IMG/VR virus record: IMGVR_UViG_3300027963_000039
Reading direction: 5' to 3' (one strand)
DNA length: 64,000 nucleotides
Source of the DNA: a virus
Shown: piece after piece, positions 40,988 through 50,657 of the stretch
Position numbering within the stretch: position 1 is the first letter of the stretch
Layout: every line of letters starts with the position of its first letter
Made by a program: the position numbers and the translations under genes
The notes under the pieces: generated by a model
Told to the model about the DNA's origin: nothing
Seen by the model: the letters and a program-made list of their open reading frames with translations, nothing else
Databases searched by the model: none

Positions 40988-42119
40988 TTTTGAGATCATA
41001 TTACTATCTCCGTGAAGCCAAATTGCGTTTGGAGAACGCCAAGCAGGCCATTGACATGATGGGCGGTGAGGATGAATGCCAACCAATGTTGCTTGGCCAA
41101 AGAGACATGTTGGAACTAGAGGTTGATTATTACCGAAAAGAATCTCGGAAGTTTACCATATTTTTATTGACTTTCGTTTTATTTTCGTGTACAATTGGTT
41201 ATCTTTACTTGAAAGGGTTGATTGATGTTTGATAAAATCTGTGCGTGGGTTAACAACCACACAATCGGTTTGTTTGTAATTGCTTTGGTGGGTACCTGTC
41301 TCGCAACTATTATTTCTTTAGTTGAAGTGGTACGTAAACCTCCTCAACTTGTTTCATTTAACGAAAGCAGCATACAAAACAAATTAGTTTGGTCTGTAAA
41401 AAATGAATGTTATTTTGTTCGACCATATAGTGCCGATGTTGTATATTTAATTCGTGTACAAGATTGTGATAAAAGCGAGAAAATTACCAAATGAAACCAG
41501 GCAAAGATTTTAGACTAAGCAAAACAACCAAACGTATGTTGGCTTTGATGAAAGTATCGGAAGAAAAACGCAATTTGTGGAAATCTCTGATGATATCCGG
41601 TGAGTTGGCCGAAAAATTGGCCAAAAATTCAAAATTTAATGTTAAATCTAACCAAGGAGATGAGTGATGAGTTTATTTGTAGAAGTTGAAAGTGTTGATA
41701 AGAATTGTAAAGTGATTATCAATTTAGATGAAGTAGTTGAAATTGCTCCTCTTGTTGAAGGTGGTTGTGCTCTATTCTTTGCTGATAATGCGGGTACCAA
41801 TTCAAAAAGTGCCATCAAAGTAAAAGACAGTTATGATCAATTCAAACAATTCGTAATGCAAACCGTGACAGCTGAAGATATCAGCAAAAAAGTCAAATCA
41901 ATTAAATCACAAACAAGTCAGCCAATGGAAATTCCTAAACTATGACAAAATTTACATTCATTTGCGAAGATGATCCTTTTCCATTTTGCGATCAGGTTAC
42001 GTCTAAAAAGACAGTTGAGTTTTCAGCTGAATCTTTACACAATGTAATTCAAGAATTCGAATTGTTTTTAAAAGCTGCCGGTTTTCACTTCAACGGAAAC
42101 CTGGATTTTGTAAATGATG

Positions 42120-42401
42120 AATGATGTATTTCTTTCTACACTTCAATGGATAAAAAATGATTGGAACTCTAATCGTGTTCGCTTTATTGCCGAGCTTGCT
42201 GCTTGGGCTATTAGTATTGGGTGTAGCATTACAATGGCACTTACCGTACCAAATCCTCCCCTCTTGGTTCTTTATCCTGTGTGGATTGCTGGCTGCGCTA
42301 TCTATGCTTGGGCTGCTCATACTCGGAAATCTTTTGGCATGTTGGCTAACTACCTGCTTCTCGTAACAATTGATACTGTTGGTTTAATTAGGATGTTATA
42401 A
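42120..42401 (+). CDS. Small multi-TM membrane protein
   Basis: Three hydrophobic segments. Confidence 0.6.
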   Translation, partial: NDVFLSTLQWIKNDWNSNRVRFIAELAAWAISIGCSITMALTVPNPPLLVLYPVWIAGCAIYAWAAHTRKSFGMLANYLLLVTIDTVGLIRML

Positions 42402-42451
42402 TATGACGACTATGAGCAAAAAACACTTGGAGAAAAATATGGTAGTAAACC

Positions 42452-43024
42452 ATGACATTTGAAACTATTGTTATTGATGATGTATTGCCAAAAGAATATG
42501 CCGATAAGATAGAAAAAATACACACTAGTGGATACTTTCCTTGGATTTTCAACGTTGATATGACTTTGCCAAAAGAGTTAAGAACAAAACTGCCTAATTA
42601 TATTAACACTCCAGGATTTACTCATGTATCGTTACATCTTAAAAAACCAGTTAGTCAATACATTAACCAATTTGCCAAAATAGTTTATTATACTTTACAT
42701 AAAATAAAGTATACAAAAGGTTATAAAATAAATGTTTGTCGTTCCTTTATGTTGTTGCCAACTCCTAAAGTTCAGGAATTTACAACTAAACATATAGATA
42801 CGGAAACACCTCATTTGGTTATTTTATATTATGTGAATGATGCCGATGGAGATACCTATTTCTTTGGTAAAGAAAAAGATAGTGAACTGGTACAAAAAGT
42901 TTCGCCTCGAAAAAATCGAGCTGTAATTTTTGACGGATCAAATTACCATGCAAGTAGTTTGCCAACCAACAAACATAGAATTGTAATAAACTTTAATCTT
43001 GAAATTAAAAATGATGATCTATGA
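42452..43024 (+). CDS. 2OG-Fe(II) oxygenase
   Basis: HID, YYVNDADGDT, HAS..P and R..INFN motifs. Confidence 0.8.
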   Translation: MTFETIVIDDVLPKEYADKIEKIHTSGYFPWIFNVDMTLPKELRTKLPNYINTPGFTHVSLHLKKPVSQYINQFAKIVYYTLHKIKYTKGYKINVCRSFMLLPTPKVQEFTTKHIDTETPHLVILYYVNDADGDTYFFGKEKDSELVQKVSPRKNRAVIFDGSNYHASSLPTNKHRIVINFNLEIKNDDL

Positions 43025-43629
43025 ATATTTTTTATCTTGACAATCATCCACAAACGTGTGCAGAAATGCACATTGATAAACATTGTGTAAAAATGATACT
43101 TGAATATGCACAATTACTCTCAACTGCTCACCGTGTTCTTGACGGCACTCTTATCAACCGCCTCAGTGCTTCTGGCCGTAAACAAAAAGCATATGTACTT
43201 GCCGATAACCGTGAGTCCACTCTTTACTCTGCTACTCATATCAATCACCCATCGGCAGTTTGGGTAAGGCAATCCCGTGACAATTATGTGTGGTTATGGA
43301 AATTGTTAGAATCATTATGTAAAGAATATACATATCGTTATGGTAAAGTACATAAAGTTGAACGGGATGGACTACTTGAAGAATTAAGATTCGTTCCTTC
43401 AGGAATCAAAGAACATCCTAAATTTACAGAACCAACACCAGCAATGCCTGATGAGTGCAAGGTTGAGAATGATTCTATTTCTTCTTATCGTAACTACTAC
43501 TTCTTAAAAAAGAAGCACATCATATCTTGGAAAGGTAAGATAAATAGTAGGATGCAACCTAAATGGTACAGTGAATTGGCCTTAGATGCCTTACATGAAG
43601 AAAGTATAAAACTTGGACTGGAGTATTAA
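43021..43629 (+). CDS. Pyrimidine dimer DNA glycosylase-like protein
   Basis: MNIFYLD, DKHCVKM, HINHPS and EYTYRYGKVH motifs. Confidence 0.75.
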   Translation: MNIFYLDNHPQTCAEMHIDKHCVKMILEYAQLLSTAHRVLDGTLINRLSASGRKQKAYVLADNRESTLYSATHINHPSAVWVRQSRDNYVWLWKLLESLCKEYTYRYGKVHKVERDGLLEELRFVPSGIKEHPKFTEPTPAMPDECKVENDSISSYRNYYFLKKKHIISWKGKINSRMQPKWYSELALDALHEESIKLGLEY

Positions 43630-43910
43630 TGCCAACATATGATTTCTTGAATAGTGAAACAAACGAAGTTGAAGAACATCGTATGTCATATACAGAATAT
43701 GACGATTTCATAAAAAATAATACACATCTAACAAGGTATTTCTCAGCAGAAAATCTACCTATTCTTGGTGATGGTATGCGAATGAATACTCCTGGTGTAG
43801 GAAAACCAGATTCCACGTTTGAAAAATACGTCATTAATCGTATGAAGGAAACTATTCCCGGAAATACAATTAAAGGTGGCCACAAAACGAAAGCACCGAG
43901 AGAATGGTAA
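43629..43910 (+). CDS. FmdB-like protein lacking Cys ligands
   Basis: MPTYDF N-terminus; T4-like synteny. Confidence 0.55.
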   Translation: MPTYDFLNSETNEVEEHRMSYTEYDDFIKNNTHLTRYFSAENLPILGDGMRMNTPGVGKPDSTFEKYVINRMKETIPGNTIKGGHKTKAPREW

Positions 43911-44024
43911 TGAGTCAAATTCCAGCACTATTCAGACCTTTCAAAGGAGAACAATTTGAGAATAAAGTTCCCCCCGTAGAAAAAATCCCCCGCCTGTTGA
44001 ACGATAACAAAAAGAGGGAGTCCT

Positions 44025-44192
44025 ATGAGCAAAAAAAGAATGATGTCAAAAGCACAGCGGCTTTACTACGAATCTCAGAAGAAGGAAAAAATAAGGCAAG
44101 CACTAGATGAGTGGGCCAAACAGGAAAAAGAATCCAATAGGATAGAAAAATACAAATCATATAACCCACACGACATATCATACTTTACATAA
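44025..44192 (+). CDS. Small basic hypothetical protein (55 aa)
   Basis: Manual ORF MSKKRMMSKAQRLYY... with GGAG RBS; stop overlaps the next start. Confidence 0.5.
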   Translation: MSKKRMMSKAQRLYYESQKKEKIRQALDEWAKQEKESNRIEKYKSYNPHDISYFT

Positions 44193-44848
44193 TGTTTAAT
44201 TATTGCCCACCCAAAGATTTACCTGACTTATTCTCTGAAACATTTCCTGATGGAAAAAGATATTACAAATTGGCTGATGGTACGAAATTGCCATCAGTCA
44301 CTACTGTACTAGGCGCCATGAAAAAGGAAGCAATCAGTTTATGGCGTAAACGGGTGGGTGAAGTTGAAGCGAATAAGATAACCAAAAAGGCCACAGGTCG
44401 TGGCACGAATGTTCACACTCTTTGTGAACGATATCTCAACAACGAAGATATGGGCACAATGATGCCTGATGCTTTGGAGATGTTCTATTCATTGAAACCA
44501 CTACTCAATAGAATAAATAACATACATTACCAAGAACAGGCATTATGGTCAACACAACTAGGTCTTGCTGGTCGTGTAGATTGTATTGGTGAGTTTGATG
44601 GTTCTTTATCTGTTATTGATTTTAAAACCTCTAGAAAAATAAAAACAAAAGTACAGATTGAAGATTATTTTTGGCAAACCGCAGCATATGCTTTGATGTA
44701 TGAAGAACTTATTGGCAAACCAATTAATAATCTAGTTGTTATTATGGCTGTAGAAGATGAACAACCTATATTATTCCAAGAAAAAACAGAAGATCATATT
44801 GATGGCCTTGTGAAGGCTATTAAATACTATAAGGACCAATATAAATGA
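44192..44848 (+). CDS. PD-(D/E)XK exonuclease
   Basis: PSVTTV, RGT.VH, AGRVD, IDFKTS and Q..AY motifs. Confidence 0.88.
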   Translation: MFNYCPPKDLPDLFSETFPDGKRYYKLADGTKLPSVTTVLGAMKKEAISLWRKRVGEVEANKITKKATGRGTNVHTLCERYLNNEDMGTMMPDALEMFYSLKPLLNRINNIHYQEQALWSTQLGLAGRVDCIGEFDGSLSVIDFKTSRKIKTKVQIEDYFWQTAAYALMYEELIGKPINNLVVIMAVEDEQPILFQEKTEDHIDGLVKAIKYYKDQYK

Positions 44849-45282
44849 AAAAATTCTTAATTGCCTTGAGCATTTGTTGTGCATTGCCAGTATTTGCTCA
44901 ACAACAAAAAGCAGGTGTAACATACAATGCAACTTTAACCAGAGTTATCGATGGTGATACAGTAGCGTTTCAAGCATTATGGTTGCCTGAACCTTTGAAG
45001 AAAGAATTATCTATTCGTGTCTATGGTGTCGATACACCAGAAAAAGGATTTCGTGCTAAGTGTCCGCAAGAAGATGCTAAAGGTCAAGCTGCATCACAGT
45101 TCACCAAAAAGATGGTAGAACAATCAACTACTCGCCAAGTGGTACTAATGGATTGGGACAAATATGGTGGTCGTGTACTGGGTGATGTATTACTCAACGG
45201 TCAATCCTTACGTTCCATGTTGATCCAACAAGGTTACGCAAGAGAATATTATGGTGAGGCAAAACAATCTTGGTGTGACTGA
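44845..45282 (+). CDS. Staphylococcal nuclease-like protein with signal peptide
   Basis: VIDGDT, R.YGVDTPE and DKYGGR motifs. Confidence 0.88.
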   Translation: MKKFLIALSICCALPVFAQQQKAGVTYNATLTRVIDGDTVAFQALWLPEPLKKELSIRVYGVDTPEKGFRAKCPQEDAKGQAASQFTKKMVEQSTTRQVVLMDWDKYGGRVLGDVLLNGQSLRSMLIQQGYAREYYGEAKQSWCD

Positions 45283-45289
45283 TTGGCTG

Positions 45290-45318
45290 TTGACAAAATA
45301 TAAATAATCCTGTATACT
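45290..45318 (+). promoter_or_regulatory. sigma70 promoter with an embedded T4 late box, upstream of tmRNA
   Basis: TTGACA, 17-bp spacer, TATACT; TATAAATA at 45299-45306. Confidence 0.85.
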
Positions 45319-45324
45319 TAATAG

Positions 45325-45630
45325 GTATACAAGTTATTGCTGTATGAAGCAAAGAGAAAAGTGTTCTGGACGGGGGTGCGAATCCCCCCAGGTCCACCAA
45401 TTATCTATTTTTATCCTAAACGGATAATTATCTGGATTAAATAAAATTGGATAATTGATGGGCCTGCATAGTTTCGACAGGGCAAAGAGTAACAGAGTGG
45501 ACAGCACGACAGCGATAGTCGTAAAAACTAAACAAAAGTAAACGCAAACGACTCACAGTTCGCATTAGCAGCCTAAACGCCGCTTAGGGTTTTTGGTAGT
45601 TTATCCTCGTAACAGAATTAAACTGCCTAA
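45325..45630 (+). ncRNA. ssrA: Circularly permuted (two-piece) tmRNA; outer boundaries approximate
   Basis: Acceptor piece with T-arm and CAGGTCCACCA ending 45399; intervening segment; 5' piece GGGCCTG from 45460 (G3:U70 pair); tag ANDSQFALAA* at 45544-45576. Confidence 0.93.
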
Positions 45631-45696
45631 ATAAAATTACTATCAACACACACAAGATGATAGTAAAACACATAAACACACACAAAGGAGATTAAA

Positions 45697-45972
45697 ATGA
45701 GTATGACACCCTATGAAATTCGCCTCGAACTTTTAAAAATGGCGAAAGAAATGCTGTCTGACGATTACTACGGTAAACGTGAAGTCATCAGCAACGAATG
45801 GTCAACCAAGGTCGAAGAAGCCAAAATTAACGGCACACCTTCACCATCACATCCAGGTTTTCCATCATTCCCCTCAGAAGAAGAAATCATCAGAAAAGCA
45901 GAAATGCTCAATGGTTTCGTTTCTCAGCTCACACAACAACCAGAAGTGAAAACGAAAAAATCTAGTTCGTAA
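45697..45972 (+). CDS. Conserved T4-like hypothetical protein
   Basis: TPYEIRLELLKMA...P..EEII..A..L..FV motif; AAGGAG RBS. Confidence 0.75.
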   Translation: MSMTPYEIRLELLKMAKEMLSDDYYGKREVISNEWSTKVEEAKINGTPSPSHPGFPSFPSEEEIIRKAEMLNGFVSQLTQQPEVKTKKSSS

Positions 45973-46026
45973 TTGGGAAAAAACCGGCTTCGCATATGCG
46001 GAGTCGGCCATCTACAAGGAGAAAAG

Positions 46027-46548
46027 ATGTCAAAAAAAAGAAACGGCCTATTAATGGCGTTCTTAACACTAACTTTAATTGGTGTTAATTTTATCAACCC
46101 AACTTCAATGAGTTTTGCACAAGAAATTATTCGCCAAGAAGTCGTTGAAAATTTCAGTAAAGAATCAAATTGCTTGGCAGAAAATATTTACTATGAAGCT
46201 GCCAGCGAATCATTTGAAGGTAAATTAGCAGTAGCACAAGTAACAATCAATCGTGTTAAATCAGGTAAATTTGCAGATGATATATGTGGTGTGGTAAAAC
46301 AAAAAAGCAATATTAATGGTTCTATTGTCTGTCAGTTTTCTTGGGTATGTGATTCAGTTAAACACATTGTTAGAAACAAATACAAGTGGGAAGAATCTTT
46401 AATCGTAGCTAAAAAGGCACTAACAGAAGCAGTTGTTCACGATTTAATTGCAGAACAAAATGCAATGTATTACCATGCAAATTATGTTAATCCTGGATGG
46501 AAATTGAAAAGGGTTACTCAGATTGGTGCCCACATATTTTATAAGTGA
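46027..46548 (+). CDS. SleB-like cell wall hydrolase
   Basis: CLAENIYYEA, VAQVTINRV, CQFSW and IGAHIFY motifs. Confidence 0.9.
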   Translation: MSKKRNGLLMAFLTLTLIGVNFINPTSMSFAQEIIRQEVVENFSKESNCLAENIYYEAASESFEGKLAVAQVTINRVKSGKFADDICGVVKQKSNINGSIVCQFSWVCDSVKHIVRNKYKWEESLIVAKKALTEAVVHDLIAEQNAMYYHANYVNPGWKLKRVTQIGAHIFYK

Positions 46549-46607
46549 TGCTTGCTTTTGCAACTCACATGATGTATAATGATAATTTTGAATGAAATGG
46601 AATTGTA

Positions 46608-46829
46608 ATGCCAACTAAAGATGAGATTAAAGAATTCAGTTCTATGATTGAAGAATTGGCGACCAAACTAAGATGTACACGTATGGACGCCATTCTATAC
46701 CATTGTAAAGAAACTGAATTGGAAGTTGAAGTTGCTTCAACATTGATATCTTCCGCACTAAAGAGTGTTATTAAAGAGGAAGCTCAAGAAGCAAATATGT
46801 TGAGAAAGAGTTCACGTTTGCCTATATGA
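46608..46829 (+). CDS. gp33: Late transcription co-activator gp33
   Basis: MDAILYHC...LK..I..EA...N.L pattern; directly upstream of gp59. Confidence 0.8.
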   Translation: MPTKDEIKEFSSMIEELATKLRCTRMDAILYHCKETELEVEVASTLISSALKSVIKEEAQEANMLRKSSRLPI

Positions 46830-47431
46830 CAGAAAACACAGGCTTCGCAGCCTATGCTTTGTGGAATGCATTGAAGCTGCACTTTACATCGGACTCTTAC
46901 GACTATTTCAAATACAATGGAAAAACAAACGTTTCCAAGCAAACATTTTCCATAAGAAAAGATAAGTACCAGTTCTATAAACTTAGTCGTAAGTATAGTC
47001 TAGAAGAATTGCGGAACTTTTATGTTGCCAATTTTGTATATGGTAAGTCTGATTGGGTCGGCGAACTTTTACAAGATGGTAACGAAAACTATTTAAAGTG
47101 GCAAAAGATTATACAGAGCTTGACTTATACCTTTGAAAATGATATAGTACATCTGTTAGACGAAGTGGAAAAACCAAATGATTTACTTTTAGTGAAATCA
47201 AATGAGTTTCCAAAATTGTTACAATCTGTGATGAACTACAGTATCTCAATTGAAACTGTTATAATTTTAAATGATATTATGAATTTTTTTCCTATGTGGA
47301 AAAAACAAATTGATGATGATATTGTTTGGCCTGATTGGCAAAGAAGAATCGAAAAATATTCACCGTTTATACACTACGATAAATCCAAACTGAAAAACAT
47401 TTTGAAAGAAAAGATTAAAGAATATGCCTAG
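46826..47431 (+). CDS. gp59: Helicase loader gp59
   Basis: LKLHF...YDYFKYNGK motif; synteny. Confidence 0.88.
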   Translation: MTENTGFAAYALWNALKLHFTSDSYDYFKYNGKTNVSKQTFSIRKDKYQFYKLSRKYSLEELRNFYVANFVYGKSDWVGELLQDGNENYLKWQKIIQSLTYTFENDIVHLLDEVEKPNDLLLVKSNEFPKLLQSVMNYSISIETVIILNDIMNFFPMWKKQIDDDIVWPDWQRRIEKYSPFIHYDKSKLKNILKEKIKEYA

Positions 47432-47915
47432 ATGTGAAATTTTTAACATTTATTTGGACATGGATGGCGTCATTGCTGACTTCAATAAAAGATATAAAGA
47501 ATTGTACGGGCTTTATCCACATGAAGCAGACACATACAAAATTTTTGATGGATTCTTTTTAGAATTCATTGCTGAAGGACATTTTGCAACGCTTGATTTG
47601 ATGCCTGATGCAATGTTGTTGATTGATTATTTGAAATCTTTACCAGTAAAAACAAAGATTTTGTCCTCAACATCTTCTGAATCTAAACACGAAGCCATTA
47701 AGGCACAAAAATTGATTTGGTTGCAAAAACACAATATTGATTTTGATCCGATCTTAGTGCCAGGAAAAAGACTAAAATGTAAATATTCCGACCCAAATTG
47801 CATACTGATTGATGATACCAAATCAAATATCGATCAATGGCAAGCTTATGGTGGAATTGCGATACACCATAGTGATATACATACTACTCTGGATATGTTG
47901 AAAAGATATGTTTGA
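47424..47915 (+). CDS. HAD-family 5'(3')-deoxyribonucleotidase
   Basis: DMDGVIADF and LIDD motifs. Confidence 0.8.
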   Translation: MPRCEIFNIYLDMDGVIADFNKRYKELYGLYPHEADTYKIFDGFFLEFIAEGHFATLDLMPDAMLLIDYLKSLPVKTKILSSTSSESKHEAIKAQKLIWLQKHNIDFDPILVPGKRLKCKYSDPNCILIDDTKSNIDQWQAYGGIAIHHSDIHTTLDMLKRYV

Positions 47916-47926
47916 TTGGAGAAAAA

Positions 47927-48520
47927 ATGATTAAAGATTTTATTGGTGTTTTTGAAAATACTTTGAGACCCGAAACTTGCGATTATTATATAAAACACTT
48001 TGAAAAATTAAAAGCCTTAGGATTTTCATATAAGAGATCAGCAAAAGAAAAAGGAAAATTACACAAAAGTGATGAATCTATAAATTTACTTGGTGGTGAT
48101 AGTCTTTCTATGTTGTTATTAGGTATCGGTGGCAAAAACGACCATACAAATCATTTTCATGAAATATTTTGGGAAAAGTATAACGAATATGCTGACACAT
48201 ATAGCATTTTGAGAACTTATCCACAACATGAAATGTTATCCATAAAAGTGCAAAAAACTCTACCCACAGAAGGTTATCATATTTGGCATTCGGAAAATTC
48301 GGCAGTAAACTCTCCTAGAGTTCTAGCTTGGATGATCTACTTGAATGATGTAAAAGAAGGTGGAGAAACAGAATTTTTATATCAAAGTGTTAGGGTCTCT
48401 CCAAAAAAAGGTACCTTAGTTATTTGGCCAGCAGCATTCACTCATGTACATAGAGGTAATCCTCCATTGAGTGGTACAAAATATATTATGACCAGTTGGT
48501 TGGAATATTGTCAACCATAA
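47927..48520 (+). CDS. Prolyl-4-hydroxylase-like 2OG-Fe(II) oxygenase
   Basis: WHSE, YLNDV.EGGETEF, HRG.PP and KY motifs. Confidence 0.85.
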   Translation: MIKDFIGVFENTLRPETCDYYIKHFEKLKALGFSYKRSAKEKGKLHKSDESINLLGGDSLSMLLLGIGGKNDHTNHFHEIFWEKYNEYADTYSILRTYPQHEMLSIKVQKTLPTEGYHIWHSENSAVNSPRVLAWMIYLNDVKEGGETEFLYQSVRVSPKKGTLVIWPAAFTHVHRGNPPLSGTKYIMTSWLEYCQP

Positions 48521-48632
48521 TGGTAGACTTCTATGTTCTTGATTGACAATCGCCTAAATAATATTATATAATGTATAAAGTGAAAACAATCCGTTCACAC
48601 ACCGTTAATACTCCGTTTATAAAGGAAATACT

Positions 48633-49520
48633 ATGAGTTCATTTGCAAACCTCAAACGCCAATCTGGCAATCTCGACAAACTCTCCAAAGCAATCGAAGC
48701 ACTCAACACCTCCGATGGTGGTGCAGAAAAGCAGGATAATTTCTGGCGACCAGAAGTAGATAAAGCTGGCAACGGCATGGCTACTATCCGTTTTCTTCCC
48801 GCACCAGCAGTTGATGGTGATGATGCATTGCCTTGGGTTAAAGTCTTTTCTCACGGGTTCCAAGGTCCTGGTGGTTGGTTAATCGATAACTGTTTGACCA
48901 CTAAGAATCAACAATGTCCCGTATGCGAACACAACACTTCCTTGTGGAATTCCGGCATCGAAGCTAACAAAGATGTTGTTCGTAAACAAAAACGTAAACT
49001 CAATTACATTGCAAACGTTTACATCGTTTCTGATCCTAAGCATCCAGAAAACGAAGGTAAAGTCAAACTGTTCAAGTTCGGTAAAAAAATCTTTGATAAG
49101 ATTACTGAAGCTATGAACCCACAATTTGAAGATGAAACTGCAATCAATCCATTTGATTTGTGGAAAGGTGCTAACTTCAAATTAAAGATTCGTAAAGTTG
49201 AAGGCTATCAAAACTATGATAAGTCTGAATTCGAATCTCCATCCGTTCTATTGGGCGATGATGATGAGATGGAAAAAATCTGGAAATCAGAATTCTCTTT
49301 ATCAGAGATGGTTTCGGAGAAAGAATTCAAAGCTTATGATGTACTCAAACAACGCCTAGACAAAGTTCTTGGCCTAAACGGCGAAGCACCCAAAACAACA
49401 GTCGAACAAGTAAAAGCTAAAAGCTTTGATGCACCAAAGAAAGCCGTTCAAGAACCGGCATTTGCTGAAGGTGACGATGATGACTTGTCGTACTTCTCAA
49501 AACTTGCTGAAGAAGAATAA
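48633..49520 (+). CDS. gp32: Single-stranded DNA-binding protein gp32
   Basis: IRFLPA, Zn ligands, GKKIFDKI, NYDKSEF and acidic tail. Confidence 0.95.
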   Translation: MSSFANLKRQSGNLDKLSKAIEALNTSDGGAEKQDNFWRPEVDKAGNGMATIRFLPAPAVDGDDALPWVKVFSHGFQGPGGWLIDNCLTTKNQQCPVCEHNTSLWNSGIEANKDVVRKQKRKLNYIANVYIVSDPKHPENEGKVKLFKFGKKIFDKITEAMNPQFEDETAINPFDLWKGANFKLKIRKVEGYQNYDKSEFESPSVLLGDDDEMEKIWKSEFSLSEMVSEKEFKAYDVLKQRLDKVLGLNGEAPKTTVEQVKAKSFDAPKKAVQEPAFAEGDDDDLSYFSKLAEEE

Positions 49521-49531
49521 ATTGAATTGCG

Positions 49532-49581
49532 ATAGGATTCTCTGAATCCTATGGTCACCACTCCAGTAAAATGGAGTGGTT
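49532..49581 (+). promoter_or_regulatory. Two tandem hairpins (terminator or attenuator)
   Basis: ATAGGATTC/GAATCCTAT and ACCACTCCA/TGGAGTGGT stems. Confidence 0.6.
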
Positions 49582-49607
49582 TCTATGTTTGAAAACGGAG
49601 TTAAAAT

Positions 49608-50648
49608 ATGGAAATATTGAAACTTGTGGATGGCCTTGGCTATCTCTGGATGGTTTTCTTCATAATGATTTCTGCTGGACTAGCAAAAGAATATAACCTT
49701 TTCGCCCCAGCGTACTCTTATGTTAAGAACACTTTTCGTTCAAACAAATTTGTTGTAGTTCTTTTATCTGCTATTGGTGGTGTACTGCCAATTGAAGGTA
49801 GAGTAACAGTATCAGCTGGTTTGTTAGACACCGTTGCACCTAAGTCTGGCCATGGCCGTGAAAAGATGGGTATTGTTGATTATCTTTCAACGCATCACTA
49901 TTATATGTGGTCGCCGTTAGAAAAGACAGTAGTTATTCCTATTGCCGCCTTTGGTCTAACCTATGCAACTTTTATGGGCATGATTGCACCATTATTGTTA
50001 GTTAGTTTTATTTTTATTTCGTGGTACATTTGGCACGAAGTTAAAGATGAAGATATCGTTATCACACCAGATAACTTCAAACTAAGTACAGTAATTCGTA
50101 ATGTGTTTCCAATGTTTATTGCAATTGGTGCTTATATTTACGGTGGTGGAAAAGACAATGTTTTTGTAATCTTTGGGTTGTTGGCATTTTACTATGTCTT
50201 TATTACTCAACAATGGGGTTACAAGAAATTAATGTCTTATGTGAATTGGGAAGTCTTAGTTACTGTTGGTGTAGTTATTATACTAGGTAACTTAGCTAAG
50301 TCATACAATAACGAATACATATCATACATCAAAGGTGCAGGTTTCGACCCACACACATTTGTCGGTATGTTATTGATTAGTTTTGTCGGATTTGTGGTTA
50401 GTTTCTTGATGGGCAGCAGTGGTAAGTTTATTGCATTTGCCGTTTTGATGGCGCAAATATTTGGCCAAGAATATTTTATGTGGTTCTTTGCAGTAGATTA
50501 CGCTGGTTACTTGTTGAGTCCTACCCACAAATGTGTTATGGTCGGTAACCGATACTTTGGTACACCGCTCGTAACGTATTATAAAGCGCTTGGTAGTTGG
50601 TCGGCATTATTGATTCTGACTGCTGGGGTGTTTACTTTTTTAATTTAA
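49608..50648 (+). CDS. Multi-pass inner-membrane transporter (DUF401/IT superfamily-like)
   Basis: About 10 TM segments; HHYYMWSP and SPTHKC motifs. Confidence 0.7.
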   Translation: MEILKLVDGLGYLWMVFFIMISAGLAKEYNLFAPAYSYVKNTFRSNKFVVVLLSAIGGVLPIEGRVTVSAGLLDTVAPKSGHGREKMGIVDYLSTHHYYMWSPLEKTVVIPIAAFGLTYATFMGMIAPLLLVSFIFISWYIWHEVKDEDIVITPDNFKLSTVIRNVFPMFIAIGAYIYGGGKDNVFVIFGLLAFYYVFITQQWGYKKLMSYVNWEVLVTVGVVIILGNLAKSYNNEYISYIKGAGFDPHTFVGMLLISFVGFVVSFLMGSSGKFIAFAVLMAQIFGQEYFMWFFAVDYAGYLLSPTHKCVMVGNRYFGTPLVTYYKALGSWSALLILTAGVFTFLI

Positions 50649-50657
50649 GGAAAAATA

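Noticed and set aside
44192-44848. Cas4 as evidence of a CRISPR system
   Set aside because: It is an ordinary T4-like PD-(D/E)XK exonuclease with no Fe-S Cys cluster and no array nearby.
45361-45399. Stand-alone tRNA gene
   Set aside because: Only a T-arm and acceptor 3' strand are present, with no anticodon arm. It is the acceptor piece of the tmRNA.
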